Positions 1 to 10,371 of a DNA stretch of 64,000 nt are shown one piece after another. This DNA comes from an uncultured Nitrososphaerales archaeon. Lineage in GTDB: Archaea > Thermoproteota > Nitrososphaeria > Nitrososphaerales > Nitrososphaeraceae. The stretch lies in contig CAWJCY010000009.1 of assembly GCA_963841565.1 (NCBI GenBank), forward strand, positions 20,443 through 84,442, read 5' to 3'. The notes beneath the pieces were generated by a model. It saw nothing but the letters and a program-made list of their open reading frames with translations, made no database searches and was not told the DNA's origin. Both the position numbers and the translations under genes were made by a program. Every line of letters starts with the position of its first letter. Within the stretch, counting starts at the first letter, position 1.

Positions 1-68
1 TGACTAATTTCACTTGCCTTTTTCTCGGCAGCTGCAATGACGTTTCTTGCTTCGTTCAGTGTGATCAT
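1..68 (-). CDS. GlcG/HbpS (DUF336) heme-binding family protein, N-terminal part (runs off window)
   Basis: Manual translation from ATG at 68: MITLNEARNVIAAAEKKASEIS, a typical GlcG/HbpS start; directly downstream of the ABM gene on the same strand. Confidence 0.65.
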   Translation of the reverse strand, partial: MITLNEARNVIAAAEKKASEIS

Positions 69-86
69 AAGAATCTCACTCCATCT

Positions 87-389
87 CTATTTAGGCAGCT
101 TGGCTGCAAGAATATCTACCTTTTCAATGCTGGGCGGCTGCGCGAAGAGCTCAGATGCTTTTTCCATCAATGCCGCTGCAACTTGGCCCGAGAGATGTGC
201 TTGACGACCAGACTCATCCGGGAAGGCATCAAAAATGCCGAAAGTAGATGGTCCCAAGCGGATTGCAAACCACGCGATCGTTGCTGGTTCTTCTTCGACA
301 ACAGATAAGCCTCCACGCAGGAACTTCTCGACGTCTGCCCCTTTTCCAGGCTTTGCTTCCAATCGAACAAATAATGCCACCTTAACCAT
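87..389 (-). CDS. Antibiotic biosynthesis monooxygenase (ABM) / dimeric alpha-beta barrel protein
   Basis: MVKVALFVRLEAKPGKG...FGIFDAFPDESGRQAHLSG; ATG at 389 preceded by a purine-rich AAGGAGAG. Confidence 0.85.
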   Translation of the reverse strand: MVKVALFVRLEAKPGKGADVEKFLRGGLSVVEEEPATIAWFAIRLGPSTFGIFDAFPDESGRQAHLSGQVAAALMEKASELFAQPPSIEKVDILAAKLPK

Positions 390-479
390 AGGGTTTCTCT
401 CCTTTCGACATTGTTGTGGGCTCGCAATGTAAACCATACCATGCGACTTTTAAAATTTCTTTTGACATATCTTCTCTAA

Positions 480-1626
480 TCACCATTTGGGATGGATAAG
501 GACTTTTATATAGCCTTCAACTCTTTTGTCAAACTTTTCATATGCATTGGGTGCATCGTCGATCTTGATCTCGTGTGACACGACAAAGCTTGGTTTAGCT
601 ACACCTGATATTATCAAATCTCTGAGATACCTATTGTAACGTTTGACATTGCACTGTCCTGCTCCCATCGTGAGTCCTTTTTCAAAGAACATTCCAACTG
701 GAAATGGCAATATACCCTGTTTTGCGTACTCATCTGACGCTCCAGGATCTTCTGTAACATACAATCCAGGAGCTCCAATACCACCAGTTGCTCTTACGGC
801 CCTCACAAGAGACATGAGAACGGAATTCGGTACATAATTTCCACCTGCTGAGGCCGACCGTGGCTTGGTAACCAACAGCATCAACACCTCTATCTACACC
901 ACCTTCTCCTTCTGTTTCCCCAAGTATTTGTTCGACCGGATCGCCCTCATCTAGGTTTATCGGTATGGCTCCTATAGATTTAGCTTTGTCAAGTCTCTCC
1001 TTATGTCTGTCCACAGAGAAGATTTTAGATGCACCCCGCAATTTAGCACTGTAATCAGCCATCAGTCCAACCGGTCCTGCACCAAAGATCGCTATTGTCT
1101 CTCCAGGTTTGAAGCCTGAGCGTGTAACACCATCCCATCCTGTTGGAAATATATCTGTAAGCAAAGCAAAGTCTTTCTCATGAGAATCATCATTAGGAAG
1201 CTTTAGTGCGTTGAAATCAGCGTAAGGTACTCGCAGATACTCGGCTTGTCCTCCCATAAAAGGTCCCATCCCAACTTAGCCGTATGCTGCTCCGGCAGAT
1301 CCCGGATTTAGATTAGTGCAGAATCCTGTGTATCCTTCCTCACAGTTACGACAGTGACCGCAACCAATATTGAAAGGCATTACTACTCTATCGCCTATTT
1401 TTAGGTCGGTGACACCAGAGCCTACTTCTTCAATTATTCCAAGGTTTTCATGTCCAAACACAATTCCTGGTTTCGCTGAGGTCCTACCTTCGTACATATG
1501 GAGATCTGACCCACAGATCGCAGTAGTAGAGATTCTCACGATTGCATCATTAACATGCTGTACCGTTGGTCTAGAAACTTCTTCGACTGAAACTTTGAAG
1601 GGCTCCTTGTATACTACAGCTTTCAT
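480..1626 (-). pseudogene. Glutathione-independent formaldehyde dehydrogenase-like Zn-dependent MDR dehydrogenase, disrupted
   Basis: Three ORFs join into one protein: CGSDLH, GHE, structural Zn cysteines CGHCRNC..C, Rossmann GAGPVG, GLY. In-frame TAA at 1276-1278 (AAYG*VGMGP) and a frameshift near 850-865. Confidence 0.85.
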
Positions 1627-1779
1627 AGTTGAGCTGTGTTGCAATACATATTATATATAGGTAGTAACTTTCGGAAAACTAACATCCCATTATCTTTACT
1701 AATTGATGGGAACAATCATTCTTTATAGTGTAAAGACGAACGAGCGTTCACATTAAAGACCTTTTTATCTTAATATCTG

Positions 1780-2067
1780 TCAGAGATCGCTAACCATAAT
1801 ATGTTCTATTGAATGTGTAGGAATTAATTCCCTATTAATTATTACATTCGCAGCCTCATCCTTATAATAAGTGATTGTTACATATTCTGCAACTATCTGT
1901 ATGTTAATTGTTTCAATAGACTGATTTCGTTCATATTTTGTCGTAGATATATCCAATTTTTCTACCGTAATTGAGCCCGACGTACGCCTCAAATGAGTAA
2001 TGATCACATTTTTGACCCGTACCCCATGAAATTTTATGGACGTTTCTTGTATTGAGTCATCCATCAA
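1780..2067 (-). CDS. Hypothetical protein
   Basis: 95-aa ORF, protein-like composition, TTAAAGTA element about 25 bp upstream. Confidence 0.6.
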   Translation of the reverse strand: MMDDSIQETSIKFHGVRVKNVIITHLRRTSGSITVEKLDISTTKYERNQSIETINIQIVAEYVTITYYKDEAANVIINRELIPTHSIEHIMVSDL

Positions 2068-2647
2068 CTCAACTCTAATTGTGCAAGTACTTTAACATAT
2101 CTAAAGGTTGAAAAGAAAGAAACTATTGTAAAAAGAAGATGAGGATCAGCTTAATAGGGTTCATTAGATTACGAGGCTGGGCAATTTGAATGAGCTAAAG
2201 TCATATTGAAAGGAAAACTGCAAAATGATTCAACATGACACTTGAGCGTAATGCTCAATAAGAAGGGCGGAGGAAAGATCGATAAAAATTCTTGACCAAA
2301 ACAGCATACGTTTATGCATTCTTCAAAAATGAATGGATAACATGAGCAGTCCTATAACTCTTATACAACGGTGTAAATAACAAGTTCATCAAATCAATCT
2401 TTCTTTGGACATGCAGCATCTACTCTAGAACGCGTTAATATTATAGAGTAGTTTCAAACTTCAAAGAATTTGAATTGGTCTACCTAATCTTTTCCCCTGT
2501 TCCACATACAAACATACTGAAATACACTTTTATTCGATTAAATCTTCCATCGCTGATTACGGTCATTATTTATACTTATTATATTCATTGTCAATCAATT
2601 GGTTACACCAATACAAACCTTAACTAGCTCCTAAGTCAATCTTTAGT

Positions 2648-2828
2648 ATGAGTATCATAATTCTAGAACTTTCAAGGAAGGAGTTAGAGATTCTGTACGC
2701 TTGTTTCAAGAGATATTTAGATCCTTCAACCACTGGTACTTGTACCAGAGGACGCCACATTAGATGAGATGAACAAACTCTCCGAGAAACTTAAAACACA
2801 ATTAGATAAACAGGTAGATAAGACCTGA
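2648..2828 (+). pseudogene. Small helical hypothetical protein, frameshifted
   Basis: MSIIILELSRKELEILYACFKRYLDP... continues in a shifted frame as ...VLVPEDATLDEMNKLSEKLKTQLDKQVDKT*. Confidence 0.4.
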
Positions 2829-2947
2829 CATGAGCCCTATAGAAATCAATAGGTTCTGATGATTTTTGCATACTTGGATATCGTGAGAACTTATAGAAAA
2901 TGATTAAGAATTATGCCGCGCACTAGCTACCAAGTTGTGAACTGAAG

Positions 2948-4479
2948 CTAGAGTTGGGATGCTGCTCTAGCAACAACTTCTGACAGGGCGGGATGTACAT
3001 GAACTGTTCTGTTAATATTATCAATAGTTCCGATGTTGCCCATAGAATCAGAAACTTTCATGGCCACTGACACTTCATGAATAAGAACAGACGCATCTTT
3101 TCCAATGTTGTGACAGCCAAGTATTCATCTGCTTTGCTTGTCGATTAGGAACTTTACGAATCCTTCATGATCCTCTATTGCAAGGCCCATCCCAATGTTG
3201 ATGAATCGATAAATTGATTTTAAGCAATCTTCATTCTCCTTCTTTCCTTGTCGTTTCAATGATTGCTCTGTTACACCAACCGCTGCAATCTGTGGAGAAG
3301 TGAATATTGCATGAGGAATTGCACCATAGTCAACCGGAAGCTTGTCTTCGTGAACTATATTATGTATTGCATAACGTGCTTCCAAATTCGCGCTGTGTTT
3401 AAATGGATATCTTCCGACCACATCTCCAAGTGAATAGATATCTTTAATATTCGTCTGCAAGAATTCGTCGGTCATAACATAACCTCTCTCATCCAATTTC
3501 ACACCAGTCTTTCCGAGATCAAGTGTATCTGAATTAGGAATCCTGCCAATTGCTATTAGTAACTGATCAGCCTCGACCTTTATAATACTCCCAGATTCCT
3601 TATTCCTTGCAGTAACTCTATAAATTTTAGATTTATTACTTCCAGTATTTTCTTTATTGTTCTGAAACATGTCCACGCTGTAACTTTTAACCTTTGAACC
3701 CGACTCTGTGGAATGGCCCAAATACACATTATATTTTTTAGAAAATATCTCAGTCAATTTTTCAGAAACATCTTCATCCTCAGTTGGTATCAATTTGTTT
3801 TGAATCTGTATGATATTAATTTTCGTCCCAAGGCTTCCGAAGAAATGAGCTGAATTCACAGCATATGTATCCGCCTCCTATTATGGTAAGATTAACTGGT
3901 TGCTTTTTTAGCCTTAGAGCCTGATCGCTAGTTATAAAACCAGACGCATTTAACCCCCTTATTTTTGGAATTCTTGGCCTAGAGCCTGATGCGATTAGGA
4001 TCTTGCGGCCTGTAATTCTTCGATTTTCTGAGCTGCGACTATAGGATTGTTGTTTGATGCCATTTCTAATTATCCCACTGCTGGGCTGAAATGTATCTAT
4101 TTCTTTGAGCAATAATTCTTTCTTTAGCGCCAATGAATTTGCACTCACTTGGATTATCCACCTTGTTATATGCTTCTTTAATTCCCTCGGATTCTGAATC
4201 AACTATTCTATTTACGTGACTAACTATTTTTTCGAAATCTATCGATATCTTTCCGTGAATACTTATCCCAAAAGTTTCGCATTGCCTAATTAACTCTAAT
4301 ACATCCGAGCCATGAATAAGTAATTTAGAGGGAATACAACCTCTATTAAGACAAGTTCCTCCCATCCTATTTTTTTCTATTAGGGCAACACTGAGTCCAT
4401 TTTGAGCGGCTGCATAAGCAACATCCAAGCCAGAGCCGGATCCTATGACTATTAAATCGAAAATACTCGAATCTCTCAT
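2948..4479 (-). pseudogene. Pyridine nucleotide-disulfide oxidoreductase (mycothione reductase / dihydrolipoamide dehydrogenase-like), multiply frameshifted
   Basis: DLIVIGSGSG, redox-active GGTCLNRGCIPSK, IIGGGYI, GD, and C-terminal HVHPALSEVVARAASQL* (stop 2948-2950); split over four reading frames. Confidence 0.85.
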
Positions 4480-4743
4480 CTAATTTGGATGGGAACTACA
4501 TAAGAGAGATAAAAGGATATTTGGAAGGAGCTGCTAGAATCACTAATCGATTCATGAAAAATTAGTGTTATTAATCCTCTCGAGCTGGACAAATTAGATA
4601 AGCCCATGCATTCAATTCTATAATGAATCTCGAAAGTTTGGAAGGGCGTGCACGTGTCTCACAAATTCTTTCAAACGAGGACAGAATTTTATGTTCTTTA
4701 AAGTCCTTATATAGTTTAAGTCATGATCATTTATGTAATCAAT

Positions 4744-4933
4744 ATGCCTGTCAAGTTAGGCAAGAAAATACAAGAATTTCACGAGTGCGAGGGAAGCAGT
4801 AAAGAAGACCAAGGGCTTGTCGGAAAAGCGAGCCTCCGCCTATGTTGCGTCGGTCGAAAGGGCGCAAGGTAAGGATCCAAGGACGGGGAAGAAGATCATT
4901 AAGAGAAATACTAGTGCTCAACGTAGAAAATGA
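4744..4933 (+). CDS. Small, very basic protein (~62 aa), one frameshift near the start
   Basis: MPVKLGKK / YKNFTSAREAVKKTKGLSEKRASAYVASVERAQGKDPRTGKKIIKRNTSAQRRK*; GC-richer than flanks; TTATATAG upstream. Confidence 0.55.
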
Positions 4934-5409
4934 AATTGCCCATTTAAATTAATTAACAGCATTTAAGTCAATAACGATCTCATAGTTGAATCTGTCTTTC
5001 CATTCAGCTTTTTATAATACTCACTGAATTAATTACCCACGTTCTCTTATAGGCTTTATAGTCATACACTTATTCTGGTATCAAATTCTTTTTCACTAAT
5101 TATGCATCCTGTCTATTATTCATAGAAAGATCTTCGTCGTTGTCACACGTGCAGTGACTATTGTAATTACTTCTGGGCATCTTGATTTACCGATTTAATC
5201 GAATTTGATAATATTAAATTGTATAATGCACAAGATCTTTTGTGAGAGGAAAATGCGATTCCTGTGGCATGGAAGATGTAAAAATACAACCATATAAGGT
5301 AAAGAATGACGTACTACGGAATGTTTGTAACCTGTGTAGGCCAGCGGATGGAGCATATGCGTATTAATCGGGATTTGTTGGAAGACACAATTATAGCGCG
5401 AGGATTGAA

Positions 5410-5535
5410 ATGAATACTGACGTAGAGACATACCATTGCCCAAAATGTAATAAGGAATTTCTTGATAAGGAGTTAGCTAGTGACCACCAAAAAACAACAG
5501 GTCACAACATCAGAGAAAGATCTTTAGAAAAGTGA
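5410..5535 (+). CDS. Single C2H2 zinc-finger microprotein (41 aa)
   Basis: MNTDVETYHCPKCNKEFLDKELASDHQKTTGHNIRERSLEK*: Y-x-C-x2-C-x3-F-x8-H-x5-H. Confidence 0.8.
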   Translation: MNTDVETYHCPKCNKEFLDKELASDHQKTTGHNIRERSLEK

Positions 5536-5610
5536 AAATTTCTGTTCATTGCTATCAGTATAAGGTATTGTAATTTTTCGTACTGCGGTAGAAATTAGCA
5601 ATCTCCTATG

Positions 5611-5730
5611 TTAGGGACCTTTCATTTCGTGCTCGGTCTTCCTGTGTCCTTGCAATTCCGCATCGCTCTTAAACCCCTTCCCACAAAGTGGGCATTTGAA
5701 TTTCTTTCGAGAGAAAAAATCAAATCGCAT
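5611..5730 (-). CDS. Single C2H2 zinc-finger microprotein (39 aa)
   Basis: MRFDFFSRKKFKCPLCGKGFKSDAELQGHRKTEHEMKGP*: F-x-C-x2-C-x3-F-x5-L-x2-H-x4-H; TATAAATA 22-29 bp upstream. Confidence 0.85.
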   Translation of the reverse strand: MRFDFFSRKKFKCPLCGKGFKSDAELQGHRKTEHEMKGP

Positions 5731-5751
5731 AATATACTGTAGGAATCATAC

Positions 5752-5759
5752 TATTTATA
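5752..5759 (-). promoter_or_regulatory. TATA box of the 5611-5730 zinc-finger gene (near-leaderless)
   Basis: TATAAATA on the minus strand, 22-29 bp upstream of the ATG. Confidence 0.55.
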
Positions 5760-6014
5760 GATGAAGCAAATTACTGAAATTTTCCTTCAATCATTCTCTT
5801 TAATTCAAAATTTTATTCCAATTTATCGTTTCAAAACATGAAGAAATCGATTTCATTATCGGGATAGCCCGAAATTTGAGCGAGATTGTAGATCTTATTT
5901 TCTATTCATCGGCTAGCCGCGTCGCCGATTTACTCTGCTACCCAATTATTCGAGCTCAAACCATGTAACCTGGGAATCTGGTTTAAGTGAGTGTGGGCAC
6001 AGCTTTCTTGAAGT

Positions 6015-6398
6015 TCAGTCTGCTCTTTTGATGACTCGTACAAAAGGTAACTTATCTGAAAGTTTTTTATCTTTTTCTATAGCCTCGCTTCCGTAGCCTT
6101 GATCCTTTGTAAAGTACTGAGATTTATCAGGTTTGGCCTTTTTTTCAAATTGCTTTGCTTCATCATCAGTAATAGTGAGACACACTACATGTCCATCCCA
6201 CCCTTCCACCCTATCTATCGGAATGTAATAGTACTTTCCACCTCTCTTACCCTTTTTTACCACGATCGTCTCTTTGTTTACAGCTTCAACCTCTCCGAGC
6301 TCTTTCCCCTTTCTTTTTCTTACATACGCGGACTGTTTAGTCAAATCCATTACACTTTTTGTAGACTGATTATCCCGATCTAGCTTATTATCTGTCAT
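6015..6398 (-). CDS. PRC-barrel/DUF2171-like small beta-barrel protein
   Basis: LGEVEAV..ETIVVKKG....YYYIPIDRVEGWDGHVVCLTIT pattern; paralog of 14394-14687. Confidence 0.6.
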   Translation of the reverse strand: MTDNKLDRDNQSTKSVMDLTKQSAYVRKRKGKELGEVEAVNKETIVVKKGKRGGKYYYIPIDRVEGWDGHVVCLTITDDEAKQFEKKAKPDKSQYFTKDQGYGSEAIEKDKKLSDKLPFVRVIKRAD

Positions 6399-6695
6399 GT
6401 GGTTCGTAATTTTGTTGACTATAATAGTATTTAACGGTATATTGCTTAATTTATCTCAACGAAGAGGTAGTACAAAATATCAGCCGATCGTGTAAAGTGC
6501 TTTTCGATAGGCAGACGAGTCGGTAACAGATGCCTCAAGATATTATGGAGATACAACGGCTGTAGTATTTTTACATATAGTGCAAGTTAATTTTATTAAC
6601 AATACTATTAAAATGAAATAATGTCGAGGACTGGATTACAAATCTTAGGGAAGAAAGTTCCCAATAAAATATGCAATTATCAGGCCGTGTGAGGT

Positions 6696-6896
6696 TCAAA
6701 GCCCATTGGTTTCAAGGCTCCCCACATTAGGGGTTTCAACAGTGGGCATGACATTAGGGTGTCCTCTAAACGCTTTGCAGAATGGCTCACCACCGTCATC
6801 TTCCAAACTCCATAAAACATCCTCATCATCCTTCAACCTAAGGTGCTCCTTAACGAAAGAAGGAACTCCTTCTAATACCTTTGAAGTTTTTTTCAA
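6696..6896 (-). CDS. AbrB/MazE/SpoVT-like small protein
   Basis: VPSFVKEHLRLKDDEDVLWSLE resembles the AbrB pattern IP..IR..L.L..GD.V.W. Confidence 0.45.
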   Translation of the reverse strand: MKKTSKVLEGVPSFVKEHLRLKDDEDVLWSLEDDGGEPFCKAFRGHPNVMPTVETPNVGSLETNGL

Positions 6897-7999
6897 GTCA
6901 TTATATCTTCATGATCTAACTATATAAATATAAGTTACTGGAAGAGGGATTAACGTATTTGATTTAGAAAAACAAGGAATGTCTTGGGGACGTGAAATGA
7001 ATTCAGATAGAATGGAAATAAAGCAAATGTCATATTAGTCCAATTGGACCGCTTTTTCTACTCAATATAGCCGTTTAGTGAGGTCTGTATTCTTTTACTC
7101 GGTTAGTGGATCTAAATATTCATGGTGGATTCCGAGATCCCAACGGAATTTCTGTTTAAGCTCAGAAGTATAAATTAGGAGGCAGGATTAGAAGAGTTGG
7201 TGTTGGAACTTAATCTATTATCAGTGACCCTATGTTCCTCATAACAAAAACGTATGAGAAGTCATAAGAAGAAGAGTCGTAATTAGGTCTAGGACTAAAA
7301 AGGATGGATTCTTCATATGGAGAAAGTAAGTAGAACGACATTTATTAAGTCTAGGTTCTTCACTCACTCTTACCTAGTATTTTGATATATACGTCTACGT
7401 TTATCCGCAAATCCTAAATATAGAATCTGCTAGCTGCGAATTTGATTTAAGTGGACGCAGGTAAACAAGAACAAAAAACCATTTGCAGTTATAATGTATG
7501 AGATGCTGGTTCCTATATATACGCCGAATTACCTACAGTTGATAAATTATAGGTATCAATTGGTACCGGTTCGCCATAAGTCTAATTGGTTCATAGTCAT
7601 TTGGTTATCGATGGGTAGCATGCGAGGATGGCGGTAGCATAGAAGACCAACTGCATACGTCAGTTGCAGTCAACACCTAATAGCATATAGATTTTGATAA
7701 AGGGTTACAATCATGAATATTATTACACTGGCTTGGTGTGCAGTTGCGTATGCATCTTGCATGGAATGATAGATGTACTAGATGGTTTGCCTAAAATAAC
7801 GAAAGTATGATCAGAAGCACTTGTCCTGTTCGCTCTTCAACACTTCATCCACCTTAGGTTAAAGAATGAATAATTTTGACTGTCTTAAGTATTATGATAT
7901 ATTCAATGAGTTATCGGTGTCTCGTATACCTTCTACCAAATAGATTTAAGAGTTTAATTTGTGTAGTTTAATATTGAAAGGAGATAAGTGCGTACAGAT

Positions 8000-8350
8000 A
8001 TGAGTTGGCTATCCAAAGATGACAAACATTTTCTGTCATATTCTTTGAAGTGGATGAGTATATACATAGTTATAGGTTTAATTGCAGCATTGATATTTCC
8101 ATTTCCTATATCTCTAGTAGCTGCTATAGGTGGATTTATGGTAGTTAACTTCCTGAGAACATGCATAATGTTAAAGAAGATGGGTATCAGTATGAAGGGG
8201 TTGTTTGATTCAATGCGTGCATCGAATGCAAATCCTTCGCCTTCTATGTACGGATATAATCCAATAAAATACTATTGTATGGTATGTAGTAATCAACATA
8301 AGGAGATCGCATGTCCTAAATGTGGTTCAAAGATGAAAAGAGTAGGGTAA
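8000..8350 (+). CDS. Membrane protein with C-terminal zinc ribbon
   Basis: Two hydrophobic segments, then YCMVC...CPKCGSKMKR. Confidence 0.75.
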   Translation: MSWLSKDDKHFLSYSLKWMSIYIVIGLIAALIFPFPISLVAAIGGFMVVNFLRTCIMLKKMGISMKGLFDSMRASNANPSPSMYGYNPIKYYCMVCSNQHKEIACPKCGSKMKRVG

Positions 8351-8896
8351 CAAACAGCAACCTGGATTTATTTCTGCCCAGCTATACAGGGGAATTGCTG
8401 GCAGCGGTGTATTCGTTAACTATGCCATTTGGGAGTCCACGACGGCCTATAGGAAGGCTTTCAGCAATATGTATATCCAAGCCGGATTATCAGAGTAGGA
8501 ATGTTCAAAATGTCCTGCGGTTGAGGCTATGAAACAACTCCAGAGCATTATAGGAGTTATGTGGAGGGAGCGAAAATTATTAGAAACAGTAAAGTTATGG
8601 GTCAGACCTGAAACTCGAGATTCGTCACTTCTGTAATACAATATTGTGATAAGAAAAGATAGGACAACCCGATATGTTGAGTTCTGCTCTATCGCCTACC
8701 TAAGTCATTTATGGTTTTTATGTCGCTTGCGTCATAGTTGCGGTGCTATAACACATACATATCTACGTTAATGTACTATTAAAGGAATCACGACGATTCT
8801 TTTTATTTGCAATTTGGACCTTATGTTTTGGTTGGTCTGGCAAGGGCACGGCGAAGCCATAGTAGAACGACTAGGCATAGTTAACCTAATCTCTTC

Positions 8897-9133
8897 CTAG
8901 CCGTCTGCATACAGTTTGTTATTGGCTGGATTGAATTCGAGAGAAATTGGATGATCGCTTGGTCCATTAATGTGTATATTCTCTATGATATTATTATTAA
9001 CGTCTATTACAGAGAGACCACTCGAATCCTCATTTGATACATATATGTTGCTGTTAGCCGAATTAAATTCGGTTCCTCTTGGATTATTTCCAACCTGTAT
9101 AGTCCCAATTACATTATTATTTTCGTCTATCAC
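8897..9133 (-). pseudogene. YVTN/YncE beta-propeller repeat fragment
   Basis: IQVGNNPRGTEFNSANSNIYVSN...LSVID...SLEFNPANNKLY; only about 2 blades. Confidence 0.7.
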
Positions 9134-9180
9134 AGGTACAAGTATTTTTAGCTAACAGGGTCATTTTGCTGCTACTAGAA

Positions 9181-9972
9181 TTATACATTGACAGTATTTT
9201 GCAAGTGTAATCTTCCATGCTTAATGGCTTCTCTAATGATCGTAAATTCTACTTGTTCGGCCATCTTGCTCAATTTTGAAATATCTTCTTTATAGTCTTC
9301 AAAAGACGTGTGATCCTTGGTACCCATGAAAACCTCTCTGATATTACATCCTAACATAGTAATCTCTATTAGAAACCATACATCTATGCCCCAACCGTTA
9401 GGAGAATCAGGTATTTCTAGCATTCTCTGCCACAGCTGGCTCCTTGCACAAACCTCACCACTTAAAGGTTGCTCAAAATGAGACAGCTCTGGAAAGAATA
9501 TATTTAACATGGGCCTTGCAATAAGTTTTGTTACTGCCGCGTCTCTTGCATGTCTTTCATAAAAACCTCTCGCCATATCACAATTGTCTACTAGCAACGT
9601 ACTTACCAAGTTGTTAATCCATTGCGGAGATAGATTCTTTATGTCTGCATCAAGGAATAGAATGATGTTAGCCGATCGGGCTATTGCCTCTCTTATACCG
9701 GCTTTCATGGCTATTCCTTTTCCAGGGAAAACCTGCTCTGGTTGTTGGATTACAGTTGCACCTGCTCTGGCCGCTAGTTCCGCTGTCTTATCATTGGAAT
9801 ATGCATCAACAACTATTATCTCTGGATCAAAACTACTTCTTGATGCTGTCGAAACTGTATTTTCGATCGTACCCTCTTCGTTCTTAGCAGGAAAGATTAC
9901 TATGACTTTTAGATCGTTTTTTGCAACATTAGTGTCGTTGTATTCAATGTGATGGAAAGTAGTAGTATCCAT
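9181..9972 (-). CDS. GT2 glycosyltransferase, glucosyl-3-phosphoglycerate synthase-like
   Basis: PAKNEE, VVDAYS, GKG, FLDAD, QPLSGE, GWGID motifs. Confidence 0.85.
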   Translation of the reverse strand: MDTTTFHHIEYNDTNVAKNDLKVIVIFPAKNEEGTIENTVSTASRSSFDPEIIVVDAYSNDKTAELAARAGATVIQQPEQVFPGKGIAMKAGIREAIARSANIILFLDADIKNLSPQWINNLVSTLLVDNCDMARGFYERHARDAAVTKLIARPMLNIFFPELSHFEQPLSGEVCARSQLWQRMLEIPDSPNGWGIDVWFLIEITMLGCNIREVFMGTKDHTSFEDYKEDISKLSKMAEQVEFTIIREAIKHGRLHLQNTVNV

Positions 9973-10371
9973 ATCGATTCATATTAATAAATGACTTGAT
10001 ACTTACAAACGTATCCCTAAATTATCGGACTATTATTCAGAGGTATTAAACGCAAGTCATGGGGGCTGGCGTACTATCAGTATTGCGATAAAAATGACAG
10101 CGATTGCGCAACCAAATCAAATGGTAATTGGTCAGAAGTTATGAGTTGGAAGATAGACAAAAGAATACTTTTAGGCGAATGTCATGCATTTCTAACGTCT
10201 GGAATAATACAATTGAAATTACTGATGGAAGATTTACTCTATAATGGAGTTTATAGGTGCCTCTCTAACCACAGAGGTGGTAACGTATCGTGCTCAAATA
10301 CCCTCTACTAACTTAGAATTTAAAGGCAGAAGAATAACTAGAAGTACAAGAATGAAGAATATAGAGTTGAA

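Noticed and set aside
1276-1278. In-frame stop in the dehydrogenase as possible selenocysteine/pyrrolysine recoding
   Set aside because: The codon is TAA, not TGA or TAG, it replaces a usual Tyr, and the gene has other lesions
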